DNA of 64,000 nucleotides, taken from contig JAHDYR010000033.1 of the NCBI GenBank assembly GCA_019828565.1, forward strand, positions 62,001-126,000. The letters are read 5' to 3'. The first letter of the stretch is position 1. Every line of letters begins with the position of its first letter. Of this stretch, positions 11,237-22,378 are shown piece by piece. Made by a program: the position numbers and the translations under genes. The notes under the pieces are model-generated. The model was not told the origin of the DNA. It did not search any database and was given only the letters and a program-made list of their open reading frames with translations. The DNA is from Carpediemonas membranifera BICM (Eukaryota; Protista; Fornicata).

Positions 11237-11353
11237 TTGGCTAACCGCCAACATTCGTCTACGGACGGATGATGTTGTGCAGTTTGGCACTTTGATCGTT
11301 CCTTTCAGGCCCAGTCTGGGAGGTTCGAACAATGTGTTTTATACTGCGCAACA
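11237..11353 (+). ncRNA. Putative omega-RNA scaffold; predicted guide begins at 11354
   Basis: 11-bp stem 11273-11283 (TGTTGTGCAGT) / 11343-11353 (ACTGCGCAACA) with one G-U pair, closing on the last base of E2; further hairpins at 11237-11251 and 11256-11267; lies directly downstream of the RuvC-III codons. Confidence 0.55.
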
Positions 11354-11364
11354 CCTCCAAAGAG

Positions 11365-11757
11365 ATGGGCTCGAATACCAGCAAGCCAGCTGCTGACGCC
11401 GCTAAAAACAAAGCTAGACCTACGATGGAGGTTCTTGAAAATCCTCCGAAGCCTGATACTGTTAACGAGTGCTCAGTTTCGTATGTAGCGACAATTCGTT
11501 GATTACTCAGCGAGGAAGATTTCGGCAACGCTATTTTCAACCAGTTTAAGAATAACAGCAACGAGCAAGAGTTCAGCTATCTCGCCAAGACGATCACGAC
11601 TCTTGTCTTTAAGAAATCAATCCTCTCCCAGCCCAACGCCCGACTCGACACCAAGCGCCACCTGTCATGGCTCGACAAGGCCAAGATCAGGCACGGCGTG
11701 GCCATGTACGGTCTTGTCCGCGAGTCCGTCGAGGAGGCCTTCCCTCGCCCCTCTTGA
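11365..11757 (+). CDS. Small hypothetical protein, probably N-myristoylated (MGSNTS), with a 30-nt intron 11481-11510
   Basis: The in-frame TGA is removed by intron GTATGT..TTACTCAG and the frame continues to TGA 11755-11757. Not in the ORF track. An alternative donor at 11469 is also in frame. Confidence 0.55.
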
Positions 11758-11903
11758 CGAGCCGAGGACCAGAACCGAAGCTCAGGGGCGACTTGTGGAG
11801 AGGACGGATACATCCGTGTAGACCGGGACCCACGAGGACTTGTAAACAGTGGGGCGAGTTGGAACGCAGGCAAACAATACAACTTTGGACAAACGACGCC
11901 ACA

Positions 11904-14495
11904 ATGCAGGCAAAATACGCGCAGGTATGTTTATTTGTCTGCAATAGCAGTACAGTCATCGATTCCTGCTTATTCAGATCGGAGATCCGCTCGATTATGC
12001 CGTTGGTCTCTTTGCCCAGTTTGACAACGAACAAGACCTGAATACATGCATTATTAGCCATATGCGCACATTAGACACTGTATCAAGGGACCTCAGTGAC
12101 CAAATGCTCTCCAGGATGTCTGATTTTAGTTTGTCCGTCCCCTCACCCTCACACAGTCGATGCCATGGCCGGAATCCGCGTTCTTCAGAACAACACGGCC
12201 GTCGTGCGTATCCTCACTGCCAATTCGCGAAAGATCCTCGGCACTGCCCGGCGGAACCTCGTCGACACGTCTGACGCGGTCGAGGAAAGACACAGGGTCC
12301 TCACAGACCTCGAAGAGACACTCGACCTGGCCAAACGTATCCAGAAGCTGATTGCGGACGTGCAGGAGCTCGAGTCTATCGAGACCTCGGATCTCCCTAA
12401 GGCTCTCGGGATGTGCGAGGCCCTACGCGCCCAGCAGCGGGAGATGACGGGCATCCTGTGCCTCGAGCCGCTGTTCGACAGAGTCATGGCCTCTAGGGAC
12501 AGGATAGACACACAGCTGGTGACATCAACGGGCAACCTTATCGATCACTTCACCTCGGACCTGCTCGAGACACTCGTAGCTGCCCATACCAACGCCGGGC
12601 GCCTGAGCGAGTTTATCAACGAGTACCAGACGTCACTCACACGCCGCCTAGCACGCCAGCCTATCCAGCTGGCGAGCTCGCTGACCCACAACCCCGAGGC
12701 CGTGGGCGACACGCTTGCCGAGACAGTCAAGGGCGTTGCCCCGAAGCACGTGGCCGACCTCATGCTCCTGGTGTGCAGCACCATTGGCGGCCTGGCCCTG
12801 GGCTTCCACGGAGCGATCTCGACCTACTCGACCCTGAAGTCAAGCGAGGTCTACCGTTCGCTGTTCACGTGGCGGTCCTTCATCGTCAGCGCCATCGACA
12901 AGGACCTCTCCTCGGCCATTCTCGCACTCAACCTGAGTCTCGAATTCCCTGAGACCGTGGGAAGGGTCAGCACAACGGTCGACGCCCTGCATCTGATGCT
13001 CTACCGGTCCTTCGGGTACGGCCTCCATTCATCCCTCGCGGCGATGGAGACGGCCTCGGCCTCGGTGATCTCGAAGCTGACAGACGGGCTGGACAAGGCG
13101 ATCCGGGGCTACTTCATCGACCACGGTGCCAGGACGACCAAGTTCGTACCCATCACCAACCCCACGGGATCAGAGTTCACCGGACTCAGGAATGCGCTCG
13201 CACAGTCGCACCCGACCCACCTGGCGCCGTTCCTGGCAACGGACGACCTGCTTCCCATCCCAGAGAACTTGGTCCACCCTGAGAGCTTCCAGATCTTGAA
13301 CGACCACCCACCCAGAGAGGCCGCGAGGTTCTTCATCGAGGCCTGTCTCAACGCCCGGCCCGAGGTCACAGCGATCGACCTGCCGCCCTTCCTGGACGCG
13401 GCCGTGGGCACCGAGGGCGTCCTTGCCATGTGCCACACCCTGTGCAGCATCGCCACCATCGTCGAGTCGAGGCCGCACTCGGTCGTCGTGGCGGACAGAA
13501 GCGTCAAGGCCTTTTTAATCGACGCAGTGGGTCTCATTGCCAAGCGAGCCATCATTGAGATCGGTGGAGAAATTCCAGCCGAGATGGATTCCGGCGTGCC
13601 GGAAATACTCGACGTCCTTGAGTCGGCCCTGCTCCGGTCAACCCCCTCGGTCAACGACAAGAAGCAGCCGCTCATCGTGGACTACATGACTTTCGTCGTC
13701 ACTGTGATCGAGTCCCTCGCCATGCTCTCCGGCACTCTCTCATACATCTCACACCGTCTCTCTGGCGCCCACGCCATTGCCATGGACCCTAATGCACTGA
13801 TCCACCTCTCCACGATCGAGTCCCTCGCCGCTGTCATGCACAGTGCATTGAATGGGACGAGGAAGGTAGTATACAGCCACCTGTCGGTCGTGTGCATGCC
13901 AGACCTGCCCGAGCTCGTCGCCGCCGTGGCTAGCATGAAGTGGGAGCCCCACAGCGACTCAACCGCCACCTCGCCATACGTGTCGAACGCCCTCCAGGAC
14001 GTCGGAAAGCTCGTGGCGTCGGTCGACCAGCTCATGAAGGGCCGCATCCCACCTCAAGCCAGGAAGCTCATCGTTGAGAACGCCGGGGCAGCCATCGTCG
14101 CGGTGCTCATCGACTGCTACAGCAAGGTCCGGAAGTGCAACACCAACGGCCGGTCCCAGATGGCCAGGGACGCGAGACAGCTGACTTCCGGACTGTGCAC
14201 GTTGACCGGTGTTGACTCTGTGCCCGGGGAGGAGGCGCTCGGGGCCTATATCCGGGGCTGGTTCGAGGTTGAAACCGACTTCTTCGTGTGGCTGCACGAG
14301 AAGGGCATGTCAATGTTCACGGCGCCGCAGATCATTGGTCTGCTCAACAGCGTCAAGCTGACGGACGGGTACACGCTGCGGGCAAAGCAGGATTTCACGA
14401 CGCACGTCCGGGAGATGCAGAACCTGGGGCAGCTCAAGGCCGTGCCGCATCCGGCCATTGCCGCGGTTGCAAACATGACTAGGAACAAAAAGTGA
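11904..14495 (+). CDS. VPS50: Syndetin / VPS50 (EARP complex subunit); 28-nt intron 12129-12156 and a probable first intron from 11925
   Basis: C-terminal YSKVRKCNTNGRSQMARD and SPYV motifs. GTTTGT..CTCACACAG joins ORF 12062 to ORF 12096. Acceptor of the first intron is uncertain (11947, 11950 or 11977). Confidence 0.8.
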
Positions 14496-15868
14496 GGTAG
14501 GTAGTGTAAATCAGGCCGTTCGTTAGCCAGGCCTGGGAGTCAGAAGGGTCTCCGGGGTTGGTGTCACTTGTTGAGCATGCCGGGTCGGCCAGGCCGCGTC
14601 AGGTCTCTCCCTGCAGTGCGCCTCTCGCCTTTGCCGCGATATTCGTCGGTGCGCTGCCGGTTTCTTTTGCTCCCTCGAGCATGTTCTCGAGCGGCAGTCG
14701 GCTGTGTGATTCCTGGTCTGCCGCACGCGAAGCACTTGCCGGGGTTGCGGGCCTTGACGGGGTCCCCACTCCAGTTCCCCCAGCTGTGTGCCTTCTCTTC
14801 TCGGTGCTCCTGCGGTTGTTGCTCACAGATCCTTGGCGTGCCATATTTTTCGTTGATTGTTAGTCGTGATGCCGCTGCGGAGAGGAACCACTACTTCCTG
14901 GATAGCTGGGCAGGCAGGACGTTGCTGCCATCTGAGGCCGTCGTCCGAGCATGGGCCATCCTAACCCAGCATTACCGGGGCTTCTCGCTGGAACACTCCC
15001 AGGCCATGTGTCCCAGCTGACCGCAGGCACAGCAGCGCTTCTGGGTCAGGTCCGCACGGCCTTCATCATCCTGGTCTCCGCCGGTCTGGCCCTCCCCGGC
15101 AGGCTGACGTTTGGTGGCCATCACGGTACGTCAGACGGCAAAAATAACTGGCAGAAATGGCGGGCTAAGTCTCATGGGTTCACAGTCAGTATTGTTGATG
15201 AGTATACGCGTGCTGTATCTGTTTTGGACGGTGTGAACGGGTACGGCCGACTCACGAACGTGAATCTCGCACGGTGCCAGGCGCGCAGGGTCCTTACTGA
15301 GCGGGCCGAAGATGAGGGCGAAGGTGCCCAGCAGAAGGAGGAGGAACTTTGCTCGGATGTCGCCCACGTTGCTTTTGTCAAGCTGCGGTAGTGTCGCTGT
15401 CTGATCGGGCGTGAGCAGGTTGAGTATCTCGGACGTGTTCGACACTTCGTGGATACGAGGATCCTCGGGCGTGACAGTGCTGGGCCCGAAGTCCATGCCG
15501 GTGCGGCGAAGGAGGCTCTTGCCCAGCAAGCAGGCGACAGGGAAGGTCGACGATGTGGGCGGAGACCGTAATCGTAGTCGGAACCGGGAAGTGGGGCGCT
15601 TGCATGAGCTGTGTTTCACGCTTGAGCTCCTGGAGTTTCCGTTCGTCCTTGTCGGACGGTCTCCTTGTGTCGGGCTTGTGCTTTTCGATTGCACGGAGGA
15701 GGTAGAATAGACCTGCTATCAGTGACCTGCGACGGGTCAGTTGCGATCTTCTTAAGGACGTCGCAGTCGGACGAATTGCCAACACACATTTTGGACCGTC
15801 ATAGATCCACAGTATCGAGAATTTTACTTTTTTCCTGCAAAACCATCGCGCACAGTACGAATACAGCT

Positions 15869-17353
15869 ATGGCAGCGTTACCACGCTTATTGCCTCGTAA
15901 ATGCAAGGCAATGGTCACGCGAAGCAAAATGTCAGCGACAAGATGCCAAAGGATGCACCTCCGGAGGAGATTGAGCACTTTGTCTGACGAATGGCTTCAC
16001 GCAGCGCTCCTTCTGATCGTAACCCTTTGTATTATGACCAATAACGGCTGTATTGCTGCGGATTGGGAGGAGCAGGCGAAGCTTTCCTTCTCGGACCAGG
16101 GTGATGTTCGCCGCGTTGCTGGCATCGGCATCGACGGCAACACGCTCATCGCCGGCTCCAATATCGGCGATAATATTGACACGTTTTCCGGCGCAGCATT
16201 TGTCTTCGTTCGCAGCGGCGCTTCGTGGCAGCAGGAGGCGTGGCTGAACGGCACCGACGCCGCGACGAGCGACGCCTTTGGATTCAGTACTGACGTCAGC
16301 GGAGACATCGCTATCATCGGTGCGATTGGCGACGACGACAACGGCACCGACTCGGGCACTGCGTACGTCTTCACACGTGACGGGACGTGGAGCCAGACTA
16401 CGAAGCTGTACGGTCCCGACACGACCGAGGGCGACGCTTTCGGGACAGAAGTAGCAATCGATGGCAATTCCATCATTGTGGGAGCGCCCAACAACGCGAA
16501 CGCGACCGGTGCAGCTTACGTCTTCACGATGGACGGCGACTGGGCAATTGAGGGCACTCTCAGAGCTACCGACGCCAACACCTCGGACCTCTTTGGCACG
16601 AGCGTCGACATTGACGGGGACACCGCGGTCGTAGGGGCGGTCCAGGAGGGCGAGACCTTCGCAGGGTCCGCGTACGTCTTTGTGAGAACTAACGGCGTCT
16701 GGTCTCAGCAGGCGAAGCTCACAGCTGACGATGCGGCAGAGGGCGACATGTTTGGGGCATCTGTCGCAATCACCGGGGACCACGTTCTGGTCGGGGCCCC
16801 CGCTGCATCCGTCGACTCCGTCATGTCGGCGGGTGCGGTGTACTATTTCAACAGAACCGACTCAACGTGGAGTCAGTGTGCAAAATTGGTCGCGTCAGAT
16901 AATTCAGCCAACGACAACGCCTATTTTGGGACCTCCGTCGCCGTCGAGGGCTCTGTTGCCGTCGTCGGGGCGTATTGGGCCGATTCGATGGCTGGCGCAG
17001 CGTACACCTTCACGATGAGTGAGAACGGGACGTGGATCCAGCAGGCACGGCTCTCGGCTGCCGATGGCGACGAGAGCACCATGTTCGGGGCCTCTGTCGC
17101 CGTGTCCGGTGGCTATACAGCGGCCATCCAGGCCTTTGGAGACGACAGTCTCGGCGCGGCCTTTGTTTTCCAAGGACCGGGGTCGGCTGAGTCCGGCTCT
17201 ATCACCCACTGGCTCCCGATAGCAATCGCCGCCGCTGCCGTGGGGGCGATGGCCATGGCGGCGACTGTGCTCGGGTTCGGCGGAGTCATCGCGACCCTCC
17301 GGTGGCGGGGTAAGCGTGTGTCGCGTGCAACGAAGCTGTACACCCCTCTGTAA
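15869..17353 (+). CDS. FG-GAP (integrin-alpha-like beta-propeller) type I membrane protein; start uncertain (15869 or 15953)
   Basis: Seven D.FG.SV.I.GD..VVGA...G.AYVF..W.Q.AKL repeats, a hydrophobic N-terminal segment, and a C-terminal TM segment with a basic tail. Confidence 0.88.
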   Translation: MAALPRLLPRKCKAMVTRSKMSATRCQRMHLRRRLSTLSDEWLHAALLLIVTLCIMTNNGCIAADWEEQAKLSFSDQGDVRRVAGIGIDGNTLIAGSNIGDNIDTFSGAAFVFVRSGASWQQEAWLNGTDAATSDAFGFSTDVSGDIAIIGAIGDDDNGTDSGTAYVFTRDGTWSQTTKLYGPDTTEGDAFGTEVAIDGNSIIVGAPNNANATGAAYVFTMDGDWAIEGTLRATDANTSDLFGTSVDIDGDTAVVGAVQEGETFAGSAYVFVRTNGVWSQQAKLTADDAAEGDMFGASVAITGDHVLVGAPAASVDSVMSAGAVYYFNRTDSTWSQCAKLVASDNSANDNAYFGTSVAVEGSVAVVGAYWADSMAGAAYTFTMSENGTWIQQARLSAADGDESTMFGASVAVSGGYTAAIQAFGDDSLGAAFVFQGPGSAESGSITHWLPIAIAAAAVGAMAMAATVLGFGGVIATLRWRGKRVSRATKLYTPL

Positions 17354-17419
17354 AACTAGCGATCAGGCGATGGATGACTGAATTTATCACCACGTACAGA
17401 AGAAGACCTCTTGGAGGTC

Positions 17420-18227
17420 CAGCGTTATCTGTCGCGGATTTGATGCTTTCTCCACGGTCGCCTCACACTGTCACAGAGGTAGAGTACATCGACATGACGA
17501 TCGATCTGCGCGACATGACGGTGTCATTGCCTCGGCGCAGCCTCTCAGTTGTCACGGCGACGGAATGTGGAAGCAGACCACCAGCATGGGCACTTGGCCC
17601 TGCGGCCCGTTGAGAATCTCTCGCACAAGCAGTTCAGCCAGTAAATTGCGGTCCCGTGGGGGAAGGCGCCTTGCCGGGATGGTTGACTTCACTCAGCTGG
17701 TTGCTTACGCTGGACCGATCGGGGTTGACCGGCGTGCAAGAAGTCATAGCGGCACGATAGCGGCTGCGCGCTGTAAACTGGAGAAGACAGAGAACGGTAT
17801 GTCGACAGTACCAGGCTCCGTATCTCAGACTCCAAGTGCGAGTTGGAGCTGGCGACGAGGATCAATCCGCGGGCTAGACATCGACCTCACAGAGGAGATG
17901 GTCTTCCTACCCATGGACAAACGGGCGAGGCTGGTCGAGACGCTCAGGGGCTTGGCCCGGAAGGGACCGCACGCCTCGGCCCCGCTGGAGCGAACAGCCG
18001 GCAGGGTCGAATTCGCATTCAGCGCGGTCAGGGAAGCCCGCTTCCTCATCGTAGAGACTCACAGATGTCTCAAGGCGACGCAAAGCCAAAGCAAAGAGCA
18101 CTTTGAGAGGGATGCTCACGCAACGCGCTCCCGACGCACCTTTCCGAAGAGGCACGGGCAGACATCAAGACACTCACCCGACTCATCGAGGCCAACATGG
18201 GTGGAGAAGACAGAGAACGGTTTCTGA
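17420..18227 (+). pseudogene. DIRS/Ngaro-like reverse-transcriptase thumb remnants (two fragments)
   Basis: VEYIDMTIDLRDMTVSLPRR and RGLDIDLTEEMVFLPMDKRARL..LERTAGRVEFAFSAV..RFL resemble the C-terminal part of YR-retrotransposon RT. A 20-bp direct repeat sits at 17779-17798 and 18202-18221. Confidence 0.5.
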
Positions 18228-18305
18228 CACTGACCGCGTGTCACGCGGAACGGGTGCAGTTTTAGAATTTCTCGTGAGGCGCCGAAGTTGAAACATCGCT
18301 GTTTG

Positions 18306-19106
18306 ATGACTGAGACACGGCCTGATCTGCGCAATAGTCGCGGTAGCTCTATTTGCTCCCAAGAGGTTGTCGAAAAGCACGATGCCAAGCATAACGAGGA
18401 GAATAGCACCTCTCTGACATCGCAGAAGCTTGAGCACCCATGGGCGCTGTGGACACCTGTGAAGAACGGTGACAACTACTCCAATGTGAAGCGCTTCACC
18501 TTCAAAACCCTCGAGGAGGTTTTCATGCTGCTGAATTCCGAGACCTTCAGGTCCCCCACCGGCTTCTTCTGCCAACCCTTCTTCCTCATGCGGGATACGC
18601 CCGGACACGAGCCTGACTGGGATCTAGAGCCTCTAGCGTTCGGTGGCCGGATCTCGTGCATCACGGTGTGCTCGATCCCGTGCATGATCAAGATATTCAC
18701 GCAGCTCCTTCTCTCCCTGGTCGGGGGGTCGATCCCACACTACTCCAAGGTCCACGGCATCGAGTTCAGCATACGTAAGAAGCCCACTGCCAACAACCCC
18801 GACGCCGTCCGCACGACGCTGCGGCTGTGGCTTCCGTACACATCCCTCGAGGTCGTTGAGGAGATCGGCATGCATACTGCTGGTATCATCGACCGCGTAT
18901 TTGAGTACAAACCAGACACGTGGCCGAGGCCGCAGATCAGCTACGAGCCGTTCGTCGCCTACTACAAGGATGACGAGAAAACGGTCGACGAGTACTACTC
19001 AAAACCGGGTCGGGAGTCGTGGGTGAGGCCGGACGGGCCGGTGACGGTGATGGACAGGGTGGATATCGCTTACAAGGGCCGCAACGTGCGCCGTAACCGC
19101 GAGTAG
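18306..19106 (+). CDS. Divergent eIF4E-family cap-binding protein
   Basis: KLEHPWALW, FKTLEEVF, FFLMRD..PDWD..FGGR, LLSLVGG, VHGIEFSIRK and LRLW motifs. Confidence 0.85.
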   Translation: MTETRPDLRNSRGSSICSQEVVEKHDAKHNEENSTSLTSQKLEHPWALWTPVKNGDNYSNVKRFTFKTLEEVFMLLNSETFRSPTGFFCQPFFLMRDTPGHEPDWDLEPLAFGGRISCITVCSIPCMIKIFTQLLLSLVGGSIPHYSKVHGIEFSIRKKPTANNPDAVRTTLRLWLPYTSLEVVEEIGMHTAGIIDRVFEYKPDTWPRPQISYEPFVAYYKDDEKTVDEYYSKPGRESWVRPDGPVTVMDRVDIAYKGRNVRRNRE

Positions 19107-19699
19107 TTAAAAGCTTGGCTTATGTTTGGCTGACATTTATTTATGAGGATATCCACCGGACGTGATGGAGGTACTCAGTGTACAGGACAAATTTATGATG
19201 GCCAGATCGACACTGTTGTCGGCGTACTGGCCGCGCGTTGAGCTCCTCTTCGCGTTGAATTGAGTAGCTCTCTCCAACAGTGATGAGAGGACGAGAGGTT
19301 TGCCGATGTTGGCGTTGGTGACGCAGATGTCGGCTGTGCGGTCTTCAGAGACTGAGTCTGAACTTCCTGACCTGAGTGTGGCGGGTTGGGCAGGTGCGGT
19401 TGCGCTGTTGTCAGGGTTACTCTGCATGGTCCCCGCCCTTCGATGTAGTTAGTCCAGGCTTGTAGATGTAGTTGGCCGTCACTGCTTAAATTTGCTCCAT
19501 CGTAGGCGGCGTGCCAGTGATCAATCGGCCTGTGGAACCCTGATCCACCGTCGGCTACCTCCGTGAACAGGCGGCAGGGGTCAACACATGTACAAAGGCA
19601 TCTTGTGGCTTGCGCGACAATGGCGGCTTAGAGGCGCGCACACAAGGGAATGCCAGGCGGGCACGATGTAAGCGCGCCTCGTCCATTCGGAGTCGCCAG

Positions 19700-20260
19700 C
19701 ACGACTACGCTGTCAACACGACCGATCCAGTAGTGCTACAGCAGTTCCGAGCATCGTCACGCCCATCGTTGGCCGAGTCCACCATCTCGGGCTACACCAA
19801 CGTGCTTGAGAGGCTCACGTCGAGTCAAGCCTTGGCCACCCTGGGCCGCAGGTCCCAGGCTCAAAGCCTCTTCTGCCTGGTCACCGGGGCCCGCCCGAAC
19901 GAGATGGCGTGGGCCGTGGGCGATGTCTAGCCGGTAGAGGAGCCCGCCGAGTTCACCGTCCAGATCCACCAGACGAAGACTCGAGCCGCAAGTGAGGACG
20001 ACGTCGACATGAGGGCAGCCTGGGTTCCCCTGCAGGCGTGGCCGTCCGAGGTCGGCGCTGCCCTTCAGCACTTCCTCTTCCTCCGTCGCGAGGCAGGCGG
20101 CACCCCGCTCCAGCTGGTGTTCCCTCGGATTGGGGACGAAGAGCCTGTCCAACGTGACCGTATTGCCGCCCACACGACGACACGTCTCGCCGCATGGCGC
20201 CACGAGGGCCTGACATCGTACTCGTGCCATCGGACCTTTGTCACCTAGCTTGCGACCTGG
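19700..20260 (+). pseudogene. Tyrosine recombinase remnant (DIRS/Ngaro/Crypton-like)
   Basis: LAESTISGY, LFCLVTGARPNEM (catalytic R box), QIHQTKT and LTSYSCHRTFVT (HxxR-like box), interrupted by stops and frameshifts. Confidence 0.6.
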
Positions 20261-20573
20261 GGAAATTCCTCCCGTGTCCTTTGCGATGTCTCACTGATAC
20301 CTCTGGGAATATGTTGGACCCCAGAGACTCTTTGTCTCCCTGTAACACGGGTGACGCTGACTTTACCCAGCACGCCCTCAATGTCGGTTTCGTGGTCGAC
20401 CATGGTCGTCGACCAGCTGATGCGGTTCTGCCTGTGGAGGCGGCGGATCGTCTTTATCATCACCGGGTTGGGGATGGTGGCAGGAAAGTCTGGGTCATTG
20501 AGGGTTCTGCACCCCGACGTGTCGAGCTGGTGTCCTTTCCTTTGAAGGTGCAGGTTAAGGAGGGAGAGCAGCG

Positions 20574-22378
20574 ATGTCGTCAGTCATCGTTGGACAGTTC
20601 GTTCACTTCTCAGAGTGGGTGGATAACTCACTGGAATTCAACAAGATTGTTCGTTATAACTCTCTATTCTCATGCAGGAGCTGTCCGAGCTGCTTTTCCC
20701 ACTTTTCATCCGCACATATCTCCATCTCGTCTCAGATCGAAAGATTGATCAAGCCAAGCAGTTCTTCAATGATATAGGTACCCAGCACTCCTTCTTCACA
20801 CTTTCCGATGACGAAATTGCCCGCTTCCGCGCGTTGACCTACGAGCAGCTCTCCGCAGCGCCATACGATAAGCGCGACGACCTTATATACAAGTGGATCA
20901 AGTACAAGTATCGTGTTCGCATGGGCGCGCCCGTCCGGGAGCTCCTCGAACAGAAGCTGTCGGCGATGGAGCCAGCGTTCCGTGAGGTTGTGAACGAAAC
21001 AGTGAGCATCAAGATGATCAAGCAGACTACAACACAGCTAGGCCGCTCACAGCGGGGCTGGGGCCGTTTGAGCGTGGAGCTGCCCACGGTCGACGAGGAC
21101 TCGAGGGACACGGTGCACCCCACCCTGAAGGACGACCACCGCTGGGTCTCGAACCCAGAACACTTCGTAACATGCGCTGAAAAGATGGAGGAGGTGCTCA
21201 CAGAGGAGGCAGAGGAGGAGGAGGACGAGGAGGACGACACGAAGGCCCTCCAGCCCCCCAGACGGCGGCACGAGTTCCGTGCTCCCGACATGCCCAGGGT
21301 CAGAATGCCCATGGCGGTGCAGGAGAGGATTCTGGCGATGGTGAATCATGCAGACCATGTCAGCGCCAACAGCCTGCCCTCGATATGCCAGTTCACGGCC
21401 CTAAACGTCGGCCCGACCTCGTCGATGACGATCTCGAGGTTCGGCGACCTTGCTATGGTCGGGTCGAGGCGGGGAGTGATCTCCGTGTGGGATCTGAACC
21501 AACCGAGGGACGCCGCGCCCTCGGCCAACAGGTACACGCTCGTCGGGCACAGCAGCATGGTCACGAGCCTCTCCCTCAGTGCAGACAACGCCCTGCTGCT
21601 CTCCAGCGACGCCGAGGGGGCAGTCCGCATGTGGCTGGCGGGCTCTTCGGAGTCCCGGGGCCAGGTGGCGCGGCGGGAGGGGTGTAAGTGCCCCGTGTGG
21701 TCTGTCAGCTGGTCCCCGTACGGTCTCTACTACGTCACCGGCTCCCACAACGGCACCGCGACGCTCTGGAACTGCGAGCGCGCCGCCCCGTGCATGCATT
21801 TCACAGGGCATCTGTCCGACGTCAACGACGCCATCATCCACACCTCAGGCGACATCGTGGTCACCGCGGGGGCCGACGCCACGGCCCGCATGTTTGACAC
21901 GAGGGTCGGGTCCAACAGCTGCCACCTCTACACCCTCTCCCCGCACACAGAGGCCGCCGTGAAGGTCAGGGCAAGCCCAGACGGCCGTGTGCTGGCGACC
22001 GCTGACATGAACGGTCTTGTTATGATCTGGGACACACGGATGGGGCGTTTACTTGCCACACTCAACGGTCACACGGCAGCTGTGAAGGATCTCGACTTCT
22101 CCCGCTCCGGCACGCTGTTGTCAACCGTTGCGGTCGACGGGGTCCGCCTGTGGGATATGACCACACTCAGATCGCTCGCCAGGGTGCCCTGCACGGCCAG
22201 TTTCCCGCAGTATGAACCCGAGGACGAGGAGACGGCCCCAGCTCTGCCGTTCAGCACCAACAGCGTGCCTGAGCTGCATCTGAGCGTCTATCCTACCAAG
22301 CAGCCTCTACTGGCGACACGGTTCACGTACAGTGATGTGCTGATCGCCGGAGGGGTGTTCACTGGCCAGACCGAGTGA
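20574..22378 (+). CDS. TAF5: TFIID subunit TAF5 (NTD2 plus WD40), 29-nt intron 20649-20677
   Basis: The spliced N-terminus FSEWVDNSLEFNKI|ELSELLFPLFIRTYLHLV is the TAF5 NTD2; followed by LPSICQF, SPYGLYYVTGSH and GHLSDV WD repeats. Confidence 0.9.

Larger units (their letters stand above)
10509..11353 (-). mobile_element. Non-autonomous micro-LTR-like element E2 carrying a Fanzor1 RuvC fragment in antisense
   Basis: TGT..ACA termini; 5-bp TSD CCTCC (10504-10508 and 11354-11358); repeat AACAATGTGTTT(T)ATACTGCGCAACA at both ends; minus-strand purine tract GGAGGGAGACAGGGCAG abuts the left repeat. Confidence 0.8.

Noticed and set aside
7435-11353. Four related ~30-bp repeats as a CRISPR-like array
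   Set aside because: Spacing is 0.8-1.7 kb and they resolve into two terminal-repeat pairs, each with its own TSD.
14520-15790. Overlapping minus-strand ORFs as a gene or gag
   Set aside because: Fragmented and without a recognisable motif; probably transposon debris but not assignable.
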